Position numbers and translations under genes: made by a program. A DNA stretch of 64,000 bases from Octopus sinensis (taxonomy: Eukaryota), in NCBI RefSeq assembly GCF_006345805.1, contig NC_043006.1:7812001-7876000 (forward strand), read 5' to 3'. The notes beneath the pieces are model-generated. The model ran no database searches. It was not told where the DNA came from and was given only the letters and a program-made list of their open reading frames with translations. Shown piece by piece: positions 24,346 to 36,630 of the stretch. Numbering within the stretch: the first letter of the stretch is position 1; every line of letters begins with the position of its first letter.

Positions 24346-25061
24346 GCTGATGCTGTTGTTGGCGGTGTTGCGCTTCAGGACAACTCTGATCATCGATTTA
24401 CAATCAAGCCGCGACCATTCCATCCTTATAATATATGTAGAACTATGTTATATATACAATACATCATTTCACTCTTTTTTGTTATTTGAAGAGATTTCCT
24501 GCTACTTTCAGCAAGCAGACTCTTCCTCGTGATTCTCTTTTGAAGTGAAATATACAGACATACCACGATGAAAAGAAATATCTAATATGTCATTTACAAC
24601 GAATTATATGCTTATTTATTATTTATTTTTCTAATTAAAAAGCTTCATTTCATGTTTGTAATATGTTTTATTTTTAATGAAAACTGTTTCATTTATTTGA
24701 TTGTCAATTAATATTGAAACATCAAAGCAAACTTTTAATATCGATTTCAGATTACTAACATCCAAATATTTATTCGCTCCTCAGACATTATAAATCTATA
24801 TTTCTGTCATATTCAATATGGCGCGTTTCAATTGCGTTGGATTTGCCCAATCGGTAAGCTCCAATCAACACCGCTTCATCCGCGCTACCTGGCCCTTTAG
24901 AGGATTTTAGTAGACTCAAATTTTCATGTGTTCGTGACAGATCTCCAGACTGGGGATAACTTGTGGCCATCATCTCCCGAAACAATAAAGCGGTACTGAA
25001 TGCTACTCTTTTCGTCTGATATCAATTCAATTATTTTCAGTCCACTGCTGATATATATTTC

Positions 25062-25245
25062 TTTATTGCCCACAGGGGGCTAAACACAGAGGGGACAAAC
25101 AAGGACAGACAAACGGATTAAGTTGGTTACATCGACCCCAGTGCGTAACTGGGATTTAATTTATCGACCCCGAAAGGATGAAAGGCAAAGTCGACCTCGG
25201 CGGAATTTGAACTCAGAGCATAACGGCAGCCGAAATACCGCTAAT
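25062..25245 (-). mobile_element. Type C SINE, 5'-truncated
   Basis: Family match; TSD CTGCTGATATA on both sides. Confidence 0.8.
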
Positions 25246-26863
25246 TCGGCGCCGCTGCTGATATAAACTCCTAGTATACCGTTGCCTCTTAATTGTATAC
25301 TGGTCCAACTGCTCATGGTAAACAAATTACAGACTGGGCGGGGTTGTACCATGATTCTCCCTATTCCTTAGTGTTTTGGAAACACTCAGAACGCATAGCT
25401 GGAACAGATACCACTAGCGCCCGATACTGTAACAAATCCTCCACTCATTCGTCGAGCACGAAATGATGGGAATCAAATTTGATCTCGAAAATATTTGAAC
25501 TCAAATCGCGGTGATCCGGTACGAATACTGCAAAAGTTCGAACAAAATCTGTGGATTTAATTAACCCAAAATAGATCTATTATACAAAAGTAATTACATG
25601 AATATTCTAGGAGCTCATAATGGACGATCGGCCATCTAGGTATAGCAACACAGCTTACTGTCTAAAGAAAAGACATGATACGTTGGATAATATAATTCCA
25701 AATCATAAAATTTTAAATGTGTGGTATAATCCCAGCTGGGACGTCTCTGAGCAGAGGTATACTCTATCAAGATTGATCTAAGAATAAATAATAACAACGA
25801 CAACATGGATACACTTTATCATCTAAAATATTTTCTTAAATATAGCTTCAACGCTCTTGGCTGCAAAGTTGCTTTATAACACAGCAAAATAATAATAGTA
25901 TGTAATTGTCGTGTGATTTGCGATTTAATGTTAGGATAATCCAATTTATCGTCGGCAGCTTCCCAATATAGTCTGTGTAGTTTAGAATTCCTTTCTTACT
26001 AAATTTTCAACAGAAGATTTGTTTCGCGCACCAGTAGGAATTTCTGAAGTTCTTTTATCGAAATTACTTGAGTATTTGCCAAGCACCAACAGCAACGCAT
26101 GAAAGGGAAAAAGCGCTAAAAATGTACCGCGAAGCAGCTCACACATGTTCGCTATGATTATAAGAATACAAATAAGTCTATTCCTGTTGGTAGTATTTCA
26201 AATTCTGAATGAATATATACAATATTCTGTTTATAATCATGTTCAGAATACAATTAATTATTGGCAAGTGAGAAGGCAGCAGATTTCTTCTGACAATGAT
26301 GAACACAAGTCACCGAAATGATAAATCTATGTATGCATATTTGGCAATAATCTAATATTATTACAATATATTTATCTTAGTCGCGATGAATGATAAATAG
26401 AGACAATTACTAGATGATTCGTTGATACACCAACGAATAATCAGGTCTGCTCAAAACTTCTAATTTTCTTTTCATCTTCATATATGTACACATATATATG
26501 TATATATGTATGTATGCATTTTTGCGTATGAGGCTTGCGTATGAGGCTTATTTGTTGTGTCGGTGTTATATTCTAGTTGGGAGGCCAATTATGTAAAGTT
26601 GTCATTGCACCGTTCACTACAGTACTACACTTCTAAACGTGAAGGAACTGAATTAATTCTCACAGGTCGCCCGATGCATAAATCTCATATCGTAAACATC
26701 GTAATGCAAGAATACGATGACATCAAAGAACAAATAATCTCTTACGACAAGTGGTACGATTCAAAAGCTGTTACTCTTTTCAGTTATAACCAGTATATAA
26801 GCACTCAGGCTAGTTGAACTAAATGTTTAGGCATGTCTGTATACACTTTGGTAGCACATGCAT

Positions 26864-28275
26864 GTGTTGGGACCAGACACGAAACTGAAGAGACCGGAAG
26901 GAATTAGTTGCTCTCTGCAAAATGAAAGATATTTCCTCATCCAGGGAGCAAGAACGGCTGAATGTGCTGCCCAGGCAGACAAACTTGTCTACTACCTTCA
27001 GAATTGCTCCTTCAACCAAGATAGCTGGTTCTATATATGGATTTCCGGGTGCAAGCTGGAACATTACAACAGTCTTGTCCAGGCTAATGCTGAGTCCAAA
27101 TGCCCTGCAAGAAGCAGAAATGCAATTCATGAGTATTTGCGTGTCATCCACTGTATGAGTGACTAAGTTACAGTCATCTGAATAAAGGAGGTCACGAATA
27201 ATAGACTAGAACACCTTTGAATTGGCAGCAAATCGGCGAAGATTAAAGAAGCGTCCAGAAATTCGATATCTGACATATATTCCCAGAGAGCTAACCTTAG
27301 CAAAAGCATGAGTAAAAGCAGCAGCAAAGTACAAAGAAAAGAGAGTTGGGTCAAGGATGTCACCCTGCTTGACACCATTCTCTACAGGAATGGGTCCCTC
27401 CATGGCACCACCAACATTGCCCCAAGCCTCCATCCCATTATGAATTGATTTAATTATAGATACAAAGTGATCCGGACATCCAAGTTTGCCAAGTATTTTC
27501 CATAGAAAGGCCCTATTTACAGTATCAAAGGCCTTAGTTAAATCAATGAATACCTGGACAATATCCATATTCTGCCCATAGCACTTCTCCTGTGTACCGT
27601 TGTTGTGCACCGTGCTTGTGTACTGACATCACTTCTCTACTCATGTGAGACATGGACACTGTACAAACGTCAGGTAAGGGTCTTTGAACGTTTTCATCAG
27701 AGATGTCTCAGACACATTCTCAATGTTGGCTGGACCTCAAAAATTCCAGACACACAAATCCTAAGAACAGCTGATATCTTGAGTATTGAGGCGATGGTGC
27801 ACAAGCACCGGTTGCGTTGGACTGGACACCTTATTAGAATGAAGGATAGAAGGATTCCTAAGCAGATGCTCTATGGAGAACTTGTGAATGGAAGGAGACT
27901 CCGGCAGAAACCAAGGCTGCGATTTAAGGACTGTGTCAAGTCCTCATTAAAGGCCTGTGATATGCAGGACACTGACTGGGAGAACATTGCCTGTCATCGC
28001 CACAGATAGAGGAAGCTGGTTAAGGAAGGGATCGACACTTTTGAGAGAGCACGTATCCAGCATGAAGAACTTAAGCGAGCTGCGCGAAAGCGCACGGCTC
28101 GTATAGTGAATGGGGAAAGCTCGGTCTGCAATGTTTGCGGTCGTGTATGCTTGTCAATAGTAGGGTACATTGGCCACCAATGGAGCCGTAAATGCAAAAT
28201 ATAAGTTAGTCTTAGAGCGCACAATGTTCCTGAAGGTCGGCAATGGTCTTCCTCGGTCACGAGTGGACGGCCATC
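26864..28275 (+). mobile_element. 5'-truncated RTE-clade LINE with inverted 5' segment (26864-27600 minus; 27601-28275 plus)
   Basis: Minus: FIDLTKAFDTV..GVKQGDIL..LGS..RVWSQH. Plus: RACVLTSLLYSCETW..RLRWTGHLIRM..C-terminal CxxC. TSD AGCAC(A/G)TGCAT at 26853-26863 and 28276-28286. Confidence 0.92.
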
Positions 28276-28714
28276 AGCACGTGCATATAATTAGACACTA
28301 TATTGTACTAATATAAATATGTTTTCAGAAGATCGATATTTTCATGAAATGAAACAAAGGGAAGTAATGCATTTTTTCAAATAAAATATAGAGAAAATAT
28401 CAATACTTAGAATAGAGGTATAATGCACATAGAATTGTCTTCCACAAATATTTCTCCATCTACTGTCGACAGGAATATACCTTTTCATGGGTTTGCTAAC
28501 TTGGTATAGATGCAATAGCAAGGAATTAAATGCGTTACACACTTTGCGTTACATAATGATGTGATTTGCATTCTATGGATATAATTTTTTTCTGTAAGTA
28601 ATACATTTCCGCCATTATTTATGTGTACATTAATAATACAACACGCATTTTGTTCTTGCTACATGCGATCCAATACTGGTTTTATGCATACATACATGTA
28701 TGTATATATATTAT

Positions 28715-28764
<50 letters not shown>

Positions 28765-28807
28765 CATATATATATACATACATATATATATACATACATA
28801 TATATAT

Positions 28808-29260
<453 letters not shown>

Positions 29261-30362
29261 AGTGAAACCCGAGTATCGTTTTGGTCAGTTGAAAGCAGTC
29301 GGCAGACACATCTCTTACACCCAAATCTTGAGTGATAATGGCCTGAACTTAATCGTAGCTAATCCGCACATTCTTTGATAACTCACGGATGGTGATTAGA
29401 CGATTTACTTTCACAGCTGCACTCACATCTGCGATGTTTCTCTCAGCTCTGCTGGTAGCGGATCTCCCAAAACGTTCGTCAATACGACGACTATCTCTGA
29501 CCGCCTACTACGTAATCTAGTACTTCGCGTACGTCTCTTTACTTATAGTGACTAGGTTATTCCATTCAGCATGCAGGGGAGGTGTACCATTATTACTAGT
29601 TCCCTTCAACAAATACCAGAATAGAGACATGCTAATAATAGCAAAACTAAACCTATTAACGTGATGGTCATAATAAAATTCGAATAAAATACACTGAAAA
29701 TGGCTTTCATCAAGCAATAGACAAAGTGGGTCAATAGTTTAAAGTAAAATGAATAAATAAATTCACAGGGAATTGTTTTGATTGCTATGCTATCTTTTCT
29801 CTAGACATCTACTTCGTATTATCTATTAACTTTATGCTTTCCAGCCTTTCGGTTTCAAGTGACCTTTATGAATTCCACTGGCCATTAATAACTAGAATAC
29901 GCCCTTAATTTCTTTCCTATATTTTATATGTATTTTTTATCTGCATACTTTTATTTCTGCTTTTTTAACACATCTCACATTATACCCTTACAAACTCACA
30001 AACCAACATACATACTCATACTTGTGCATATTTCTGTTCCCCCACCGCTAAGCAATGTCCAGTCTTACTTAATAAGATTTTTTGTTTTTTACTTCTACAA
30101 AAAAAAAATGTTTTTTGTTTCACTTTCTATCAAAAAGCGAAATGTTTCCTTAGATTATTGTTATCACAAGTTTTTGCACTGCATTTTCCTATTTAAAAAA
30201 AAAATTACGAGTAAACAACATTTACGAACTACTATGTAGATGCATTATCTTACCTTACATTCCATTTTTGATATATTAAACGATTAAATTGTCTATGTCG
30301 ATAAGATCGCTATATAGTTTCACATTCCGGATATATACTTTCTGTATCTATACTTCATATTA

Positions 30363-30963
30363 TTTTCTACTCTAGGCACAAGGTCCGAAATTTTGAGGGA
30401 GGAGGCCAGTTCATTAGATCGACCCCAGTATGCAAATGGTACTTAATTTATCAACCCCTAAAAGATGAAAATCAAAGTCGACCTCGACGGAATTTTGACT
30501 CAGAACGTAACGACAGACGAAATACCGCTCAGCATTTCGCCCGGCTAACGTTTCTTATTTCTTATTTCACAAACATAGAGGGGACAAACAAGGACAGACA
30601 AACGTATTAAGTCGATTACATCGACCCCAGTGCGTAACTGGTACTTAATTTATCGACTCCGAAGGATGAAAGGCAAAGTCGACCTCGGCGGAATATGAAC
30701 TCAGAACGTAACGACAGACAAAATACCTATTTCTTTACTACCCACAAGGGGCTAAACACATAGATGACAAACAAGGACAGACAAACGGATTAAGTCAATT
30801 ATATCGACCCCAGTGCGTGACTGGTACTAATTTAATCGACCCCGGAAGGATGAAAAGCAAAGTTGACCTCGACAGAATTTGAACTCAGAACGTCAAAGAA
30901 GACGAAATACCGCTTAGCATTCCGTCCGACGTGCTAACGATTTTGCCAGCTCACCGCCTTAAC
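30363..30963 (-). mobile_element. Multimeric type C SINE (one head, about three bodies)
   Basis: Repeated GTCGACCTCG(G/A)CGGAA units; TSD TATACTTCATATTA at 30349-30362 and 30964-30977. Confidence 0.85.
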
Positions 30964-32040
30964 TATACTTCATATTAGATACTCTATGATCATCTCTGAT
31001 TAACGTCGCCACCGTGTAGTTATTCTAACTATTATAGCATTTTAATTGTCCCCCGAAATCATTACAATCAATTCTACATCTATTTTAACGAGTATATATT
31101 GTCTTGTTATAATCAGCACTCAGTTTGTTACAAATTTTGTTTTGTGAGAATAAATTTAACCATTTATCTGAGAATATCATTCTTAGAATATATTTCTTAG
31201 ATTTTAGAGATAAATGGTTTCTCTTAATTTTCCATGGAATATCGAATTACCATTATTTGATTAACGTCGGGCATCTCATATTAGTGCAATTATTGCCCGA
31301 CTATAATCGACAAACAAAATTTTTTATAATCGTGTTGACAATCATTCAGACATTACTTAGCTTTTACTAGTCATCCACTTATTTGTTTATAATCGACTTA
31401 TACAAATTATTCTAATGCTTTAACGTCTACTACGTATGGTAATTTTTAATAGCGTGTTGATACACTTCTAAACAATAATAATGAGGATTCGTTATTTCGA
31501 GTTATTTTCTTCGGTGTTTATAATCGACATACAGTGATCATTTCGATTCTTTTAACTTGCATCCAAACATCAATTCTAACATGCCATTAAAAGTAATCAG
31601 CTTATGTCAATGAACGCTTTGATATAAATAGTATCCGTATTACAGACACACACACACATAATATACATGTGTGTGTGTGTGTGAATGTGTGTGTGAGTGT
31701 GTGTGTGTGTTTGTATACAAATTCAAATTGAAGCAGCGGAGCAAGCATGTTAAATACAGACCTAGGTTTTCAATGCTCCACTCCCTCAATTTGGAATTTT
31801 ATTTGAATACATAGCAACTCCCTTTTCTAACCGTGAGCTATAATTTTTTTTGTTTTTCAGCATATCGGTAAAAGCTTACAGAAACCTTCGACGCTAATAA
31901 ATTATCGTTGCACCGGAACGTTGATTTTATACCTACACTTGGATCATTGAATCTTATAATTACATATCTATAATTATATATACACATATATATACATATA
32001 CGTGTATATATATATATGCACATACAAGTATGCATATATG

Positions 32041-32086
<46 letters not shown>

Positions 32087-32137
32087 AATGCATGCATATA
32101 TATACACACACACATACATATATATATATGTGCATGT

Positions 32138-32178
<41 letters not shown>

Positions 32179-32284
32179 AATGCATGCATATATATACATA
32201 TATACATTTATATATACATACATGCATATATATATACATTTATATATATATATGCACATATATACATGTATATATATAGGATAA

Positions 32285-33160
32285 TAATATGCAGTTTAAT
32301 GCTGAAAAATTCCAGGCTCTGCGCTACCAGCATCCAAAACTTAATATTAAACCTACAGGGTACACCGGTCCACAGGGAATTTCAATCCCAGAGCCTAAGT
32401 CAGTGAGGGACCTGGGTATCGACATGAGTGATGATACCTCTTTCCAAGTGCACATTACCAGGATGGCGACAAAGTGCAGACAACTGGCTGGATGGATCCT
32501 AAGAACATTCAGAACCAGAGATAAGGAAACCATAATGGTCCTCTGGCGGACATTCGTCCTCAGCCGCCTGAATTACTGCTCACCGGTATGGGCACCCACC
32601 AGTGTGAGATTAACAGCGGACCTTGAAGCAATCCAGAGAAAATTCACAAAGAAGATCGTCTCTTTGCAACAGCTCAGCTACTCGGAAAGGTTGAAACAGC
32701 TAAGACTCTACTCCCTGGAGAGAAGACGAGAGAGGTGTGTAGTAATATATATCTGGAAGATCCTGGAAGGAATTGTGCCGAATTTTGTCATTGAAAAAGC
32801 TACACCAATGCCAGAACGGGACGACACTGCATAGTGCCAAAGATCCTAGCAATGTCATCACGCTTCAGGACCAGTTACTGCAACGACCTGGGTTTCAAGG
32901 GCCCACAACTTTTTAATATTCTCCCAAAGTGTCTGTGGAACTTGCTCAAAGTAGATGTAGGGGTTTTTAAATCAAAGCTGGAACTCTTCCTGTCGAGAGT
33001 CCCATATGAGCCTACCTCACGGCAAGAGGTGCAAATTAGGGTAGATATATCAAACTCCATTCTTCATCAAGTGCCACATATTAGAGGAGGCTCCTAGTAA
33101 TATAAGTGTAGCGCAAAACGGCGGTGCATCAGTATGGCCACAGCTCTGAGGTGAAACTAG
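32285..33160 (+). mobile_element. CR1-group LINE 3' fragment
   Basis: [45 protein letters not shown]; frameshifted C-terminus and 3' tail. Confidence 0.88.
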
Positions 33161-33180
33161 AGAGAAAATATATATATATA

Positions 33181-33638
33181 TATTATCGAGTTAGAAAACA
33201 GAGAGATAAAATTGATACAAATTGATTTATTAATTAATCAACATATTCACCAACAATATTTTCATTTTGCAAACAAAATCAAAATTACAAAATATATATA
33301 AATATATAACTTTGTATTTTAAATAATTTGTATGGAAAACCATTAGGGTGTACAAAGGACAATAAGGATCACATCTGGATACGTTTGGAATACACAGAAT
33401 TTATAAGTAAGTATATATATTCATTGTATTCCAAACGTAGCCTAATGTAACCCTCTTTGTCCTTTGTACATCCTGATGATTTTCCATACAAGGTATTTAA
33501 AATGCAAAATTATATATTTATATATGTTTTTTAATTTTGATTTTGTTTGTAAAATGAAGCAATTATCGGTGAATATGTTGATTAATTAATAAATTAATTT
33601 GAATCCATTAGATCTCTCTGTTTTCTAACTCGATAATA
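33181..33638. mobile_element. Foldback MITE with ~225-bp diverged inverted arms
   Basis: TATTATCGAGTTAGAAAACAGAGAGA..TCTCTCTGTTTTCTAACTCGATAATA; arms colinear to the centre near 33415. Confidence 0.8.
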
Positions 33639-33878
33639 ATGCATGATATTTTACGATATTTTATATAATATAATTCATTGAAGAAATATCTCTTCAAAAT
33701 TGAATATTTTAAACGAGTGTATCTTCGATAGATATCCCTGTAAGAGCTTTAAATATCTTTATTGTGACTATATGCAAATATGTATATACATAAATGGGTG
33801 TATGTGTGTGTGTGCGTGTGTGTGTATCATTGGTGCACTTTCCTTGAAATCATACATTTACAAATATACAAACATACG

Positions 33879-33954
<76 letters not shown>

Positions 33955-34139
33955 TGTATGTATGTATACACCATGTTTAATGTGTACACTCTGACGGTAG
34001 ACCAGTTGCTGTAGTATTTGTCTTGAGATATCATCTCTTATGGAATTTTTGTTTTAAAAACACAATAGATATCAGACAGAGATCATACCAATAGCGGTCA
34101 TTATGAGCGCCAGATGCATTTCAGTGTTTTTGAGCCGTA

Positions 34140-34189
<50 letters not shown>

Positions 34190-35700
34190 GAGTAACAACA
34201 TCACACTAGATAAAACCAATGAAATAAAAGAATTAGACCAAAGCCAAACTTACAAATACTTAGGAATCCATGAACTAGATAAGACACAACACACACAAAT
34301 GAAAGAGAAAATAAAAAAAGAATATTATAGACGAGTTAGATCAATACTAAAAACAGAGCTCAATGCTAAAAACAAGATAATAGGTATCAACACTTTAGCT
34401 GTCCCAGTTATAAGTTACAGCTACAATATCCTTAACTGGACACGAAATGAACTGTCCAAAATAGATAGGAAAACAAGAAAAATACTGACAGGATCTAGGA
34501 TGCATCACCCAAAATCTGACATAGAAAGACTATATATACAACGTATGGAAGGTGGTAGAGGCCTTATACAGCTGGAAAACTACTATAAAATAACCACCAT
34601 AGGACTGCAAAAATACCTACTTCAGAAGGAAGGAAAACTGATCCAGATAGCAGCAAAACACGAGCAAAACAAAAAACTGTTCTCAGTATTTAAGGAAGCT
34701 GACAAATACAAACAAGAAATCATACCACCTAATAAACACAAAGAAGAAGAAGAAGATGATGAAGAAACAACAAAAGCTATAAAACAAATGAAATCCAAAC
34801 TAAAAATAGAACAGCAACGAGCCATGATAAAACGATGGCAAGAAAAGCCCCTTCATGGTAAATACTGCACTAAACTAAACGCAAAAGAAATAGACAAAGA
34901 AAAATCCCAGCAATGGTTGAGAAGCTCAGGACTCAAAGCAGAAACAGAGGGATTTTTAATTGCAGCACAAGACCAAAGCCTCCCCACCAGAAATTACCAA
35001 AAACATGTAATGAAAAGAAATATTACAAGTAACTGCAGAATATGTGGAGATGGAAAAGAAACAATAAATCATATAATCTCCAGCTGCCCAGTCCTGGCTA
35101 AGAAGGAATATATTCACAGACATGACAGAGTTGGAACCTACATACATTGGAAGCTATGCCAACATTATGGAATAACAACAGAAAAAAGATGGTATAGGCA
35201 CACACCAGAAAAGGTCACAGAAAACGAGAAAGCAACCATACTCTGGGATATGCCGATACACACAGATAGAGAAATTAAGGTCAACAGACCAGATATAGTT
35301 GTCAGAGATCATGAAGAAAAAAAATGCTTTCTAATTGATGTATCAATACCGGCAGATGACAACGTGTCTCTAGAAGAAATGGAGAAACTCTCAAAATACA
35401 AAGACCTGGAAGTAGAAGTAACTAGAATGTGGAACCTGAAAACAGAAACAATTCCTATCATAGTAGGTGCATTAGGCATGATAAAATAATATTCAGACAA
35501 ATACATAACAAAAACACCAGGACTTACAAACACATATAACATACAGAAAATTGCACTACTAGGCACTGCACACATCCTACGCAGAACACTTTCCATACAA
35601 TAACCATCAGAGCATCACAACAAATCACAGCACATACCCAAGGCACACAGAGCTGCGCTCGGTAGTGAAGTGAAAGCACGCTATAAAAATAAAACTACTG
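34190..35700 (+). mobile_element. 5'-truncated R4/Dong-type non-LTR retrotransposon (RLE endonuclease) in (TAA)n
   Basis: YKYLG, GGRGL, PLHGKY, CRICG..ETINHIISSC zinc knuckle, RHD, RPDIV..IDVSIP endonuclease motifs; (AAT)n on both flanks; one in-frame stop at 35487. Confidence 0.9.
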
Positions 35701-35835
35701 AATAATAATAATAATATCGAAAAATACCCAGGCTCGAAATTACCCCATGACACCGATGAAGGCTGATCAGCCGCAATGTTGTGTTAACAACAAACATGAT
35801 GAGGACAAATATCCGTCGAATGTAAATAATGTAAA
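35701..35835 (+). mobile_element. Headless copy of the tRNA-HHR SINE with a broken ribozyme
   Basis: Matches 13275-13417; core GACAC-CGATGA-A-GGCTGATCAGCC-GCAATGT-TGTGTT. Confidence 0.8.
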
Positions 35836-36196
35836 GAATGAATGTGCTATTATCGCAAAATATAACACATACAATTAATTATAACTTAAAGTTTACAAAT
35901 CGCTTTTACGGATTATAAAACATAACGAAGTGAATACTAATTTTCAAATGAAAAATAATTATTTTGAAATTAAATTCAAACATTACACATTTGTATAACT
36001 GATGTCATAATTACTCTGTCATTTACTCCATCTCTTCTTTCTACCTGTAATCAAGCCTAGTTTATGTAATCACCTCTCACACCAAATTCTTCTATATTCT
36101 TTTTGTTCACCCTTCCATTTTTATTATTAATGAAGGAGTAACTGGAGAAATAATCCAACCAGCATTTATGTCCATTATTGTCACCTATATGTATAT

Positions 36197-36363
36197 AAGG
36201 CGCAGGAGTGGCTGTGTGGTAAGTAGCTTGTCTACCAACCACATGGTTCCGGGTTCGGTCCCACTGCGTGGTACCTTGGGCAAGTGTCTTCTATTATAGC
36301 CTCGGGCCGACCAAAGCCTTGTGAGTGGATTTGGTATGCCGAAACTGAAAGAAGCCCGTCGTA

Positions 36364-36409
<46 letters not shown>

Positions 36410-36630
36410 TGTGTGTGTTTGTGTGTCTGTGTTTGTCCCCCTAGCATTGCTTGACAACCGATGCTGGTGTGTTTATGTCCCCGTTACTTAGCGGTTCGGC
36501 AAAAAGAGACCGATAGAATAAGTACTGGGCTTACAAAAGAATAAGTCCCGGGGTCGAGTTGCTCGATTAAAGGCGGTGCTCCAGCATGGCCGCAGTTAAA
36601 TGACTGAAACAAGTAAAAGAGTAAAAGTGT
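36197..36630 (+). mobile_element. Type B SINE, full length (CORE-like, internal (TA)n)
   Basis: GGCGCAGGAGTGGCTGTGTGGT head, CCTTGGGCAAGTG core, GGCGGTGCTCCAGCATGGCCGCAG tail. Confidence 0.9.
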
